DNA of 64,000 nt from Treponemataceae bacterium (GTDB lineage: Bacteria > Spirochaetota > Spirochaetia > Treponematales > Rectinemataceae). The stretch covers positions 320,001-384,000 of the forward strand of contig CAXXGJ010000018.1 in NCBI GenBank assembly GCA_963677895.2. Reading direction: 5' to 3'. How positions within the stretch are numbered: the first letter of the stretch is position 1; each line of letters begins with the position of its first letter. The position numbers and the translations under genes are program-made. A model generated the notes under the pieces. It was not told the DNA's origin. It saw only the letters and a list, made by a program, of their open reading frames with translations, and did no database searches. Positions 20,195 to 30,843 of this stretch are shown piece by piece.

Positions 20195-21226
20195 TTATTT
20201 AAGAGCGTTCATAACGGCATCAAATGTTTCAGCTCCAATAGCCTCACGCATTTTTGGATCAAGAGATCGTGCAAAATCAATCCATGTTTTTCTTTCTACA
20301 GCAGTAAGGTGATAGACCTCTACGCCTTTTGACTTAAGCTCGCCTTCTGCCATAGCTTTGTTGGCAATCTCTTCTTTCTTCTGAAGGTCCATGGCTTCCC
20401 ATGCACAGTCAGTTATAATATTTTTAAGATCATCTGGAATACCTTTCCAAGTTTTCTTGGAAAAGATAATATTGGCTGCCCATGTCCATTGCCAGTCTAT
20501 GTCTGAGAAATATTTTCCGACATCATAATATTTGCTGGATAGTACAGAGGTATCGGCAAATTCAAGGCCATCAACCGTCTTTGTCTGAAGTGCTGTATAT
20601 ACTTCGCTATAGGCCATTGAGGTTGCATTGCAGATGCTCTTCCAGAAAAGATTAACAACTGGATCTTCATAGATACGAACTTTTAGATCTCTGACATCGC
20701 TGACTTTGGCTACACGATGCTTGATATTGAAGAATCCGCGGAATACGGAGGCGCCCGATGCGACAAGATAAGCGTTATTCTTGTCAACCCAACTCTGAGC
20801 CAGCTTAAAAAGAGGTGCGTCTTTGCTGGCGATAAGCTTCGTCACTTCATTATAATCAGCAAAGATATAGGGGACACTGAAAGCACCGAATCGTTTATCG
20901 ACCGTAGACATAGGCTGACCGTAAAATATATCGAGTTCTCCGCGCCTTAGTTGCTCGAAAAGCTCATCGCTTGCACCTAGAACTGAACTGTAATAGGGAG
21001 AGATTTCGACCCTGCCTCCTGATTTTTCTTTGACAAGTTCAACGAACTTTTTCATTGAACTACCAAAGGCATTAAATGCAGGACGAGCAACCGGATCATT
21101 GTAAATAGTACCCATCCTAAGCTTAATTACTTTTGCTGCTGGTGCAGCAAAAATATTTGAACTAACAAACAAAATAGCTAGAACTAACGAAATAATAGCT
21201 ACTCTACCTTTTCTGACCTTTGGCAT
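20195..21226 (-). CDS. dctP: TRAP substrate-binding protein
   Basis: signal peptide; EKSGGRV, DLKVR, EVYTALQTKTVDG. Confidence 0.92.
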   Translation of the reverse strand: MPKVRKGRVAIISLVLAILFVSSNIFAAPAAKVIKLRMGTIYNDPVARPAFNAFGSSMKKFVELVKEKSGGRVEISPYYSSVLGASDELFEQLRRGELDIFYGQPMSTVDKRFGAFSVPYIFADYNEVTKLIASKDAPLFKLAQSWVDKNNAYLVASGASVFRGFFNIKHRVAKVSDVRDLKVRIYEDPVVNLFWKSICNATSMAYSEVYTALQTKTVDGLEFADTSVLSSKYYDVGKYFSDIDWQWTWAANIIFSKKTWKGIPDDLKNIITDCAWEAMDLQKKEEIANKAMAEGELKSKGVEVYHLTAVERKTWIDFARSLDPKMREAIGAETFDAVMNALK

Positions 21227-21429
21227 AAGCAAAACCTCCTGAAAGATTGCATCCAACCCAAATAGGTTGGTATAAAAACTGCTATTTGACTAGAAAAAGC
21301 CTAGATTAAGCAGAACTGAACTAAATTTACCCCCTGTTTTCTGTTCTGTACAATATTATTAAAGAATGATATTATTCCAAATTGGAATAACAAAGCCTAT
21401 GAGACTCTATCTTTTACTGGAGCAATTTT

Positions 21430-22332
21430 ATGGATCTACTACAGATGAAGTGTTTTTTAGCAGTAGCTAAAAATCTGAGTTTCACGAAAGCGTCTGAATG
21501 GATGTGTATATCTCAGTCAGCAGTCAGCAAGAGAATCTCCTCGCTAGAAGAGGAACTTGGCATAATGCTGTTTCATAGGACACAACATGTTGTAACACTC
21601 ACAGCTGCGGGTTCAATATTAAAGAAATCATTTGAAGAAATTATAAAGAGTATTGATAACGCAATTGAAAGTGCTCAAAAATATGGTAAGGGATTATCAG
21701 GCGAAATTAAAGTTGGCTTTCCTGGCCTTATGGATATTAAACGGATCATACCTGATTTTTTTGAGCAGTTCTCAAAAAAATTTCCAAATATAAATATTAT
21801 TGTAGAAACAAGAGAATTTAATGAATTATGGGAAATGCTAAATAAAGAAGAACTCGATATAATATTTACTTATTCATTTGAGCAAAGAGATAATCCATTA
21901 ATTTGCCGTGTTAAGCTTTGCCGCTCCAATTCCCGTTTATACTATTCAAAAGACATTCGTGCAGTTTGCGATATTAAACAACCGCTATTCACAAACTTTA
22001 AAAATGAAAAATTAATATTACTTCATCATAAGGAATCACTCGGCGCAAGGGATTTTATCCTAAATATATATAAGAGATATAATATGGAAATTCCGCCCAT
22101 AATCGAGGTGAATACTATGGAAGCGATGTTATTTCATCTGGAAGCAGGTACAGGAATTGCCATACTCGGCAATAGTTATCGAGTAAGCTTCGGCAACAGT
22201 ATTCGATCAATTGAGCTTAAGGATATACAGTCGATGGTTGGTACAGATGCATTATGGTTTCTGAAAAATACTAATCCGTCATTGCATATCTTTGAAAAAT
22301 GCCTTAAAGAACATTTGAACAAATGCATATGA
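21430..22332 (+). CDS. LysR-family regulator
   Basis: SFTKAS...SQSAVSKRISSLEEELG. Confidence 0.92.
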   Translation: MDLLQMKCFLAVAKNLSFTKASEWMCISQSAVSKRISSLEEELGIMLFHRTQHVVTLTAAGSILKKSFEEIIKSIDNAIESAQKYGKGLSGEIKVGFPGLMDIKRIIPDFFEQFSKKFPNINIIVETREFNELWEMLNKEELDIIFTYSFEQRDNPLICRVKLCRSNSRLYYSKDIRAVCDIKQPLFTNFKNEKLILLHHKESLGARDFILNIYKRYNMEIPPIIEVNTMEAMLFHLEAGTGIAILGNSYRVSFGNSIRSIELKDIQSMVGTDALWFLKNTNPSLHIFEKCLKEHLNKCI

Positions 22333-22454
22333 TCAAATCTTTCCTGAGATTTAATTGTCAACTGAATATCACTGGAATTATCATCAGTAGGGGGTACGGA
22401 CAAATTCCTAGACACAAATCATCGTCAGGATGCTGCTCGTGTATTCAAAAGAAT

Positions 22455-23381
22455 AGACATGTTGCGTAACTAAAAGATATGATAAAATAAATCTATGGGC
22501 ATAGAAAGTGCCTTATCAAGCAACAGGACAAGTCAAGCAACAATAGGTCTTACAAAAGAAGTTTTCGAAACATTGATCCCATATTTTGAAAAGGGACTGA
22601 AGAAAAGCATAAAGAAAAACCCTTACAGAGGTGGGCGGCCAGATATACTAAAAACATCACGAGAGAAACTGTTTTTCATACTATTCTTCTTGAAAAACTA
22701 TCCGACCTATGATGTTTTAGGCGTTCAGTTTGGGATACATAGGTCAAATGCATTTCGGAAAGTGAATCGGTACACGATAGCACTGAAGCGAGCTTTAAAA
22801 GATAGTGGGGTACTACCATCTGATTCTATAACGGACTTGAATAAAAAGTTGAAAGGCGTACGTTTGGTAATTGTTGACGGTACTGAGCAGCGTAAAAACA
22901 GGCCCAAAGACAAGGAAAAGCAGAAAGACTATTACTTTGGTAAAAAAAATGCCATATAGTAAAGCATTTATGCATTTCTGATAGAAATACTAGGATCTTA
23001 TATGCATCAAATCATTATCCTGGCAAAATACATGATAAAACGATGATTATCGAAGAGTCACGAAAGAGAAAGCTACCACAGCGAATAAAGAAATTCTTTG
23101 ATCTTGCGTTCCTTGGTATGGACTCAGGCTACGATAATGTGGTCATGCCGCGAAAGAAGCCAAAAGGAAGGGAATTGACCCTGAAGCAAAAACGTTCAAA
23201 CAGAAATATAAGTCGTATACGAGTGAGAATCGAAAACGCCTTTGCCGGGGTAAAGCGGTTACGGATAGTCTACAATGTTTCACGAACACGTCGAAACGAC
23301 TTCATTGATTTGACATTCCGTGTTGCCTGTGGACTCTGGAATTACTATTTGTCGGAAAGTTCATAGTTTCGCAACAAGTCT
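22455..23381 (+). mobile_element. IS5-family (ISL2-group-like) insertion sequence
   Basis: TIRs AGACATGTTGCGTAACT / AGTTTCGCAACAAGTCT; flanking AAT duplication (or TA if ends are shifted by 1 nt). Confidence 0.85.
22495..23366 (+). CDS. IS5-family transposase, split by -1 frameshift at A8 (22942-22949)
   Basis: HTH region, VDGTE; -1 shift restores GKKKCH...GKIHD; RVRIENAF. Confidence 0.85.
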
Positions 23382-23445
23382 AATATCTAAACAGGGCTAT
23401 TTGCTTTAACGATTCTATCCTATAGGCTCAGTATAGCAAAAAAAG

Positions 23446-23502
23446 TTGACAACCCATTTTTGTGTGCTATAATTTTAATTGTATTCATAAAGTGTATACA
23501 AT
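23446..23502 (+). promoter_or_regulatory. sigma70 promoter with GntR-type operator
   Basis: TTGACA-16nt-TATAAT with extended TG; downstream TTGTAT...TGTATACAA palindromic site. Confidence 0.7.
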
Positions 23503-23521
23503 TTTCCATTTCGGAGAGCTT

Positions 23522-24226
23522 ATGGAAGAGAATCAGGTTGAAAAAGCCTGCCATCTTATTTCCAATATGATCTTCAGGTACCAGCTGCCTCCCGGGTCCC
23601 GTGTCTCCGATTTCTCTCTGAGCAAGACTCTCGGAATGAGCAGGACCCCCGTCCGCCAGGCCATCATGATTCTCCTAAACCAGGGTCTTGTTATCAGCAC
23701 CGAAAAAGGTTTCAAAGTCCCCGAGATAACCCTCGAAAGCATAGATGAGCTTTACGATGCACGCGTCTGCCTAGAAATAGCCGTTCTCCGGTTCGCCATG
23801 CAAAAAGGAGTGAGCAAAAACTCTCTGAAGCAGCTCAGGAAGGAAGTGGAGCTTGAAGAGAAATGCAACAAAAGCGGGAATATGATAGACGCTCTCGCCC
23901 ACGACTTCGAATTCCACAACATCCTGGATAGCCTCTGGCGAAACCAAAGACTGGAGAACGCTTTGGGCAATCTAAAGCTCCAGATGAGAATGCTCAACGT
24001 ATTATCCCTCGCATCCCTCAATATAGATACGCCCAGGGTATATTTCTCGATATGCGATGCAATAGAGGCGGGCGATACGGAGGACGCCTGTGCTAAACTC
24101 ACCGCTTCTATCGAGTCCGGAAGGCAGCAGAAGAAGAATGCAATGGCGAATTTCGGGATCTACGGAATCCAGGGCATCTATAGCTTCATAGCAAATAGTT
24201 TTAAAGGGTCCTTAAAAACTGATTAA
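23522..24226 (+). CDS. GntR-family regulator (FCD)
   Basis: LGMSRTPVRQA, ELYDARVCLE, DFEFH. Confidence 0.9.
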   Translation: MEENQVEKACHLISNMIFRYQLPPGSRVSDFSLSKTLGMSRTPVRQAIMILLNQGLVISTEKGFKVPEITLESIDELYDARVCLEIAVLRFAMQKGVSKNSLKQLRKEVELEEKCNKSGNMIDALAHDFEFHNILDSLWRNQRLENALGNLKLQMRMLNVLSLASLNIDTPRVYFSICDAIEAGDTEDACAKLTASIESGRQQKKNAMANFGIYGIQGIYSFIANSFKGSLKTD

Positions 24227-24250
24227 CTAATTTTCAAGGAGGAGTCTAGG

Positions 24251-25534
24251 ATGAAAAAGGTATTGGCAACATTCTTGGTTTTGTTGGTAGCTCTCGGCGC
24301 CGTTTTCGCCACTGACACGCCTAAATCAGCTGCGCCGTCCGGCAAAAGAACGCTTCGTATCTCTGCAGAATCCTGGGAAGTAAACAAAATATTCCTAGAA
24401 CACGCAGCTCAGGAGTTCGAAGCGGCCCATCCGGACGTGGACGTAGAGATCATCACTCTTGCTGATCAGACCGTACTTGCCAACTATATCATTGACTGGA
24501 CCAAGGGGCATACGGATACTGATCTCGTATTCCTGGACGGCGGCTACATGTCCAAGACCTATGCCGCGAAGGGCCTGATCAACGACTTCAACAAGGATCT
24601 CAACTTCTTTGCCGACTACCCGGCCTCTAATTTCCAGCCCGGCGTTCTTGGAACTGGCGTAATCCAGGGAGCCCAGGTATGCCTTCCTGCCATCTACGAA
24701 GTATACGGCATCTCTATAAACACTGCGATGTTCAAAGAAGCTGGCCTCGTCGACGCACGCGGAAATCCACTTCCGATAAACACTTGGGACGACTTCTATA
24801 ACTTCGCGAAGAAGCTTACAAAAAAAGACGCCAACGGCAGAGTGACCCAGGTGGGCGCCTCAATACAGTTCGGCAACAACCTCGCCGGGATCATCGGCGG
24901 AGTCATCATAGCTCAGTCTGGCCACTCTACCACAGCCGATGGCTATACCTACGACTTCAACAACGACACGTTCCGCCACGTGGTCGACCTCTGGAAGAAA
25001 GGTGTCCAAAACGGTTACATCTCCACTGCTACGTTTGTGGACAATGCGGGCGGTCGTAACGGTTTCAAGGCGGGCCAGATCGCAATGTGCTACGAAGCCG
25101 CAGGACGTTGGATGGAAGCCGTCAATACCCTCGGTGCCAAGAATATTTCCCTCATGCCAATCCCCGGTGGACAGGGAACATATTGCTTCGGCTGCCAAAT
25201 GGTGATCCCCAAGCTATCTAAAAACGCGGACCTCGCATGCCAGTTCATCAAGGAAAGCATTTTCAGCGAGTACAACCAGACGAACGCCTTCACGCAATAC
25301 GGGAAGATGTCCGTAATAAAGAAACACTTCGCACAGTCTCTTAAGCAAACCCCGCTTTGGAACAACATAGCCGATTCCATGGCCAAAGCCGTAGCAATCC
25401 CCGAATGGGAAGAGCAGGCCAAGTGGCTCAAGGGCCTCAATACGATCTTCCAACAAGGACTCGTGGATTCCAAGTCGTCGGCCGATGACATCGTGGACAA
25501 GATGGTAGCACTTTCCAATTCGCTCAAGAAATAA
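24251..25534 (+). CDS. carbohydrate ABC substrate-binding protein (CUT1)
   Basis: signal peptide; FEAAHPDVDVE, INTAMFKEAG, TWDDF. Confidence 0.9.
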   Translation: MKKVLATFLVLLVALGAVFATDTPKSAAPSGKRTLRISAESWEVNKIFLEHAAQEFEAAHPDVDVEIITLADQTVLANYIIDWTKGHTDTDLVFLDGGYMSKTYAAKGLINDFNKDLNFFADYPASNFQPGVLGTGVIQGAQVCLPAIYEVYGISINTAMFKEAGLVDARGNPLPINTWDDFYNFAKKLTKKDANGRVTQVGASIQFGNNLAGIIGGVIIAQSGHSTTADGYTYDFNNDTFRHVVDLWKKGVQNGYISTATFVDNAGGRNGFKAGQIAMCYEAAGRWMEAVNTLGAKNISLMPIPGGQGTYCFGCQMVIPKLSKNADLACQFIKESIFSEYNQTNAFTQYGKMSVIKKHFAQSLKQTPLWNNIADSMAKAVAIPEWEEQAKWLKGLNTIFQQGLVDSKSSADDIVDKMVALSNSLKK

Positions 25535-25610
25535 TTCGCAAAGGATACGATAAGGCAGCCGGCGGGCTCGGGCCCGCCGGCTGTTGTCTTATTCGCAAGG
25601 GATATAAATT

Positions 25611-26504
25611 ATGCAAGATACTATAAGAGCAAGGCGCAAATCTAAGGAGATGTGGGGAAGACTCTTCGTGCTTCCGACCGCGATCGTCCTTTTCCTCTTC
25701 GTAGTATACCCAATCAGCTACACAACGATCCTAAGCCTCTGCGACTATAACTTTGCATTCGACCAGAAGCCGACGTTCATAGGCTTTAAGAACTTCACGA
25801 ACATGTTCAAAGACAGTCTGTTCCTGACCGCGCTCTCGAATACACTTGTTTTTACCGCCGTCATGTTCGTCCTCTTGATAGTCCTCTCCTTTGCTTTCGC
25901 GTTCCTTCTGTTCAACAAGAAAAAGCACAGCTGGTTCTACAGGATTGCTATTTTCATGCCCATTGTAGTCCCTGCATCGCTCATCAGCCTTCTTTTCTCA
26001 TGGATGCTTGCGGACAATTTTGGCATTATAAACAAGTTCCTTTTAGAAATAGGACTTTCACAATTCATGCACAACTGGCTCACTGACGCTAAAAGCGCCA
26101 AATGGTGGGTCATAATCGTAAGCACATGGGGTAAAGTCGGGTTCAGCACAATACTCTTCCTCTCTGGCCTTCAAGGCATTTCCCAGGACATGCTCGAAGC
26201 TGCAGAGATAGATGGCGCCATCGGTTGGAAGAAACTTTTCTATATCATAATCCCGAGCCTCTCGGAAACATTTGTTGTCGCTGGCATCTGGTCAATCCTC
26301 CAGTGCTTCAAGCTTTACGTTACTCCCAATGTTCTGACCAACGGTGGACCGGCCAACGCAACGCTGGTCCTTTATCAGGAAATCTACAATGAGGCCTTCC
26401 TCAACTTCGAAATGGGCTACGCATCGGCGATTGCCTTCGTCCTAACGGCCTTAGTGATGATATTCTCAATACTCAATATGAAAATAAGCAGGAATGAGGG
26501 CTGA
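25611..26504 (+). CDS. carbohydrate ABC permease
   Basis: EAAEIDGA EAA motif; TNGGP. Confidence 0.92.
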   Translation: MQDTIRARRKSKEMWGRLFVLPTAIVLFLFVVYPISYTTILSLCDYNFAFDQKPTFIGFKNFTNMFKDSLFLTALSNTLVFTAVMFVLLIVLSFAFAFLLFNKKKHSWFYRIAIFMPIVVPASLISLLFSWMLADNFGIINKFLLEIGLSQFMHNWLTDAKSAKWWVIIVSTWGKVGFSTILFLSGLQGISQDMLEAAEIDGAIGWKKLFYIIIPSLSETFVVAGIWSILQCFKLYVTPNVLTNGGPANATLVLYQEIYNEAFLNFEMGYASAIAFVLTALVMIFSILNMKISRNEG

Positions 26505-27339
26505 AATGGCAAGAAAGCAGAAGAAATCAACCACCATACTGACCTCCGTCGTGCTCATGACAGTCTCGCTGCTCTTCGTACTGCCCATCGTCTTCAACGT
26601 CTTCACGTCGTTCAAGGAATCGGTGGAAATAATCAAGGATATAACGTTTTTCCCACACAAGTGGTCGCTAGTTAACTACGACTACGTTTTCGCGCGCGGG
26701 GCGAAATACCTAAAATACTACCTTAATACGATAATCATAACCATGTCTTCGGTCGCGATCACAGTCGTCCTTTCATCTCTCGCTGGGTATGCGTTCGTGA
26801 AGCTCCCGTTTAGGGGCAGCAACACCCTGCTAAAGGGAATCCTCTTCGTCCTCGCGTTCCCGCTTGCTGCCATACTCATACCGATCTACATAATGGAGTA
26901 CGACCTTGGCATGATAAACACATACATTGGGCTAATTTTCCCCAATCTGCTGATCATCCTGCCTTTCTCAATATTCATAATGCGGGGAACATTCATAAAC
27001 ATGCCCAGCGAGCTCGAGGATTCCGCCGAAATAGACGGATGCAGCGTGCCCCAGACATGGTGGTACATAATGCTCCCCCTTGCGCAAAACGCGCTCATCA
27101 TAGTCTTGGTCTCCGGCTTCTATAGCGTCTGGGGTGAATACACGATTTCCAAAATGCTTGCCACCAAGGACGCCATAATGCCCATCTCGGTAGCTCTCAC
27201 TCTGCTTAAGAGTGAGGACTGGAACTATGGTGTGCTCGCCGCCGCCATCACAATGTCCATAATCCCGCCCATTGTCGTTTTCGCGATTTTCCAGAACCGG
27301 CTTGTGGAAGGTATGTCGGCGGGTGCCGTAAAAGGTTGA
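26494..27339 (+). CDS. carbohydrate ABC permease
   Basis: LAGYAF, ELEDSAEIDG, AGAVKG. Confidence 0.92.
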   Translation: MRAEMARKQKKSTTILTSVVLMTVSLLFVLPIVFNVFTSFKESVEIIKDITFFPHKWSLVNYDYVFARGAKYLKYYLNTIIITMSSVAITVVLSSLAGYAFVKLPFRGSNTLLKGILFVLAFPLAAILIPIYIMEYDLGMINTYIGLIFPNLLIILPFSIFIMRGTFINMPSELEDSAEIDGCSVPQTWWYIMLPLAQNALIIVLVSGFYSVWGEYTISKMLATKDAIMPISVALTLLKSEDWNYGVLAAAITMSIIPPIVVFAIFQNRLVEGMSAGAVKG

Positions 27340-27343
27340 CAAT

Positions 27344-28534
27344 ATGAAAACACTCATAAAAAATGCATGCCTAATCCTGCCCGACAGGCTCATAGAAGAT
27401 GCCTGGCTTACCGCGTGCGATGGGATCATAGACGATTTTGGTACCGAAGCCTGCCCCCAAGCCGGTTTCGATAGTGTGATCGACGGGGAGGGCGAGTACC
27501 TCTCGCCCGGTTTCGTGGATACCCACGTCCATGGTGGCGGCGGAACGTGCTTCCACGACGGATCGGAAGAAGCGATTCTGAATTCTCTAAGGACCCACCT
27601 GAAAGGCGGCACCACCACGATACTTCCCACCCTCACGAGCCTACCCCACGATAAATACCTCAGTAGCCTCGGAATGTTCGCCCGGTTGAGCGATTATTTC
27701 CCTGACATGCCCGACATTCCTGAAGTGGAGGGTATCCATATGGAAGGACCTTACTGCTCAGGAGCCGTCCTAGGCGCCCAGGACACCAGAACCTACAGGG
27801 ATGTCGATTACTCCGAGGTGGAGAGGTACCTAGAAATATACCCGAAGATAAAAAAATGGACCGCGGCCTGCGAAAGGGTGGGCGGTATTGAGTTCGGGAG
27901 ATACCTGGAGAAAAAAGGAATAGTCGCTTCCATAGGTCATTCCAATGCGACCCTGCAACAAGTATTCGATGCATACGACTCAGGCTATCGCTGCATAACC
28001 CACCTTTATTCTGCATGCTCCTCCTACCACAGGAACGGCGCCTACCGCGAAGGCGGAATTGTGGAGGCCGCCTTCCTTATCAATGACATGGACGTAGAGA
28101 TGATAGGTGACGGCGTGCACCTCCCTAAGGAATTCCTGCAGTTGATATATAAGATAAAAGGACCGGAGCGCATTTCCTTGATAACCGACGCAACAAGATG
28201 GGCGGGAGTCCCTTTGCCCGACGGAATAAAAAAATACGGCGACGAGGATGAGAAGACTCTGATATACATAGAGCACGGCGTCGCGCTGGTGGAGAACAAA
28301 AGCTGCTTCGCTGGGAGCATAGCCACTTATGCCCGACTTGTGAGGACTGCTACGCAGATCGCCGGGATAAACATGCCCGACGCCATAAGAATGGCCACAC
28401 TTACGCCGGCCAGGTTAATAGGCCTGGACTCAGAAATCGGGAGCATATCGAGAGGGAAGAGGGCGAACCTTGTTCTTTTTGATGGCGACATCAATATAAA
28501 ACACGTTTTCTTGAGAGGGATTCTGGCCATATGA
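27344..28534 (+). CDS. nagA: N-acetylglucosamine-6-phosphate deacetylase family, paralog 1
   Basis: PGFVDTHVHG, HMEGPY, GHSNA, THLY, DGVHL, ITDA, FAGS. Confidence 0.88.
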   Translation: MKTLIKNACLILPDRLIEDAWLTACDGIIDDFGTEACPQAGFDSVIDGEGEYLSPGFVDTHVHGGGGTCFHDGSEEAILNSLRTHLKGGTTTILPTLTSLPHDKYLSSLGMFARLSDYFPDMPDIPEVEGIHMEGPYCSGAVLGAQDTRTYRDVDYSEVERYLEIYPKIKKWTAACERVGGIEFGRYLEKKGIVASIGHSNATLQQVFDAYDSGYRCITHLYSACSSYHRNGAYREGGIVEAAFLINDMDVEMIGDGVHLPKEFLQLIYKIKGPERISLITDATRWAGVPLPDGIKKYGDEDEKTLIYIEHGVALVENKSCFAGSIATYARLVRTATQIAGINMPDAIRMATLTPARLIGLDSEIGSISRGKRANLVLFDGDINIKHVFLRGILAI

Positions 28535-28558
28535 AATTCCTGCACCTGAGGTTTGTCT

Positions 28559-29731
28559 ATGATCATTCGTAACTCCCGGATCGTACTGGAAAACAAAGTG
28601 GTACGCGGAAGTCTTAGAATAAAAGGCTCCCGTATTGTCGCAGTATCAAGATCGGAAATACCCCCGCTCGAAGGTGAAGAGCTTATCGATACAGAAGACT
28701 CCTATGTCATGCCCGGATTCGTAGATCTCCACACTCACGGCTCTGGAGGCTTCGATTTCATGGATGGGGAAGTGTCCGATATAACCGGTGCCGCGAGGAG
28801 CCTCGCCGTCCACGGCACCACGACCTGCCTTCCCACGTTGCTCACAAGCTCGGACGAGGACCTTTTCCTCTTCCTAAGAAACTTCAGGAAAGCCGTGAAG
28901 AAAAGCGGATATACGGTGACCTCCAAAATGCCCGGGATCCATCTGGAAGGACCTTATTTCTCCATGACGGAGAAGGGCGCTCAGGATCCCAGGTACATCC
29001 GCACCCCCGATAAAGCCCATTACATGAAGATAATAGAGGCCGCGGATGGCAGCATAATTCGCTGGTCCGTGGCTCCCGAGCTCGACGGCGCCCTTGAGAT
29101 GATAAACGCTCTCTCAAAAGAAGGCGTGCTCATCTCCGGTGGCCATACAGCCGCAACCTACGAGGACGTCACCAAGGCATACGACCTGGGAATGAAAATG
29201 CTCACCCATTTCTATTCCGGCATGTCCTCCATCACGAGACACGGAGGTTTCAGAGTGCTCGGGACGGTTGAGGCCGGATATCTTATAGATGATCTTTACC
29301 TCGAGCTCATAGGAGATGGCATGCACCTTCCTCCAGAACTATTGAAGCTTATCTTCAGATTCAAGCGCCACGATCGGATAACGGTCTGTTCCGACAGCAT
29401 GCGCGGGGCGGCTATGGGATGCGGACCCTCCATATTGGGCTCGAAGGCGAACGGCACTCCTGTGATCATCGAGGATGGGATCGCGAAGATGCCTGATCGC
29501 ACCTGTTTCGCCGGAAGCGTGGCCACGGGTGACGTGCTCGCCAGAACACTGCACAGGATAGTGGGGCTGGAGATGGAGGAAGTATCCAGGATAACTTCGT
29601 TTCTTCCCGCCGGGCTTATAGGCATAAGCGACGAGACCGGTTCCATAGCCGAAGGGAAAAAGGCAGACCTCGTCATATGCGACGACAATATTAATATCAA
29701 GAGCGTTTTCGTGGATGGAAAACGCGTGTGA
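28559..29731 (+). CDS. nagA: N-acetylglucosamine-6-phosphate deacetylase family, paralog 2
   Basis: PGFVDLHTHG, HLEGPY, APE, GHTAA, THFY, DGMHL, SDSM, FAGS. Confidence 0.88.
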   Translation: MIIRNSRIVLENKVVRGSLRIKGSRIVAVSRSEIPPLEGEELIDTEDSYVMPGFVDLHTHGSGGFDFMDGEVSDITGAARSLAVHGTTTCLPTLLTSSDEDLFLFLRNFRKAVKKSGYTVTSKMPGIHLEGPYFSMTEKGAQDPRYIRTPDKAHYMKIIEAADGSIIRWSVAPELDGALEMINALSKEGVLISGGHTAATYEDVTKAYDLGMKMLTHFYSGMSSITRHGGFRVLGTVEAGYLIDDLYLELIGDGMHLPPELLKLIFRFKRHDRITVCSDSMRGAAMGCGPSILGSKANGTPVIIEDGIAKMPDRTCFAGSVATGDVLARTLHRIVGLEMEEVSRITSFLPAGLIGISDETGSIAEGKKADLVICDDNINIKSVFVDGKRV

Positions 29732-29737
29732 GGAGGA

Positions 29738-30499
29738 TTGATGAATATCAATATCAACGTTTCCGCTGATCCCGGGACCCTGGGACAAAGAGCTGCAGAA
29801 AAGATAGCGCAGTACCTCAGGGAAGCAATAATAAAGAAAAGGCATGCTAGAATGATCCTTTCCACCGGCGCAAGCCAGTTCGAGACCATCGCTGCTCTAG
29901 TGAAGGAAGACCTTGACTGGACCAAAGTCGAAATGTTCCATCTGGACGAGTACGTCGTTCTTCCCGAGAGCCATGTCGCGTCCTTCCGCAAGTACCTGAA
30001 GGAACGCTTCGTCGCCGAAGTCGCAAAGAATCCGCGCGGACCGCTGAAGGCCGCTCACTTCGTGAATGGAGAAGGCGATGTGCAGAAGAACATAATAGAG
30101 CTCACAAAGGAGCTCAGGGCGGACGAGATAGACGTGGGCGTAATCGGAATAGGCGAGAACGGACATATAGCGTTCAACGATCCGCCTGCGGATTTCGAAA
30201 TTGACGCGGCGTACAAGGTGGTAGACCTTGACAGGCGCTGCCGCATGCAGCAGGTAGGCGAGGGCTGGTTCAAAGGTTTGGATGACGTTCCCGTTCAGGC
30301 GATAACCATGTGTCCGAAACAGATTATGTCCTGTAGACACATCGTTACCTGCGTCCCACACTCCGTGAAGGCCGAGGCTATTTACAATACCGTCACGCAG
30401 CCTGTGACGCCAAAGGTTCCCGCTACGCTCATGAAGACTCATCCTGATTGGAGCCTCTTCATAGACGACGCTTCGGCCGCGAAGCTGTTTGCCATGTGA
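29738..30499 (+). CDS. nagB: glucosamine-6-phosphate deaminase/isomerase family
   Basis: STGASQ, FHLDEY, GIGENGHIAFNDP. Confidence 0.85.
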   Translation: MMNININVSADPGTLGQRAAEKIAQYLREAIIKKRHARMILSTGASQFETIAALVKEDLDWTKVEMFHLDEYVVLPESHVASFRKYLKERFVAEVAKNPRGPLKAAHFVNGEGDVQKNIIELTKELRADEIDVGVIGIGENGHIAFNDPPADFEIDAAYKVVDLDRRCRMQQVGEGWFKGLDDVPVQAITMCPKQIMSCRHIVTCVPHSVKAEAIYNTVTQPVTPKVPATLMKTHPDWSLFIDDASAAKLFAM

Positions 30500-30843
30500 T
30501 CGTTATTCTCTGATTTTTACTGGCCCGTCGCGAACATAAAATTTGCGGCGAGCTTTTTTTACCCGCAGCAAAAGAGACCATCCATGATCGTGAGATTCGC
30601 CTCTTAACATGTTGGCGGAATAAGATTGGACGCGGGCTCGATATTTGCCAAAAGCCATAGAGCTGGCTTGTTATTGAGGCGAGTAATTTTACCTGAGACC
30701 ATGCCTTGAAACGATGGTGGATATTTTCAAGGTGTGATCGAAGGTCGTATAGAAAGGGAATACCATCCACGGATGAATCTGTTCTTTTCTGTATTGACAA
30801 CAGTATCCAATAGATACAGTATAAATAAAAAGGAGAATTAAGA

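Noticed and set aside
22390..22416. GGGGGTACGGACAAATTCCTAGACAC, IS-end-like sequence
   Set aside because: No partner end or transposase remnant could be identified
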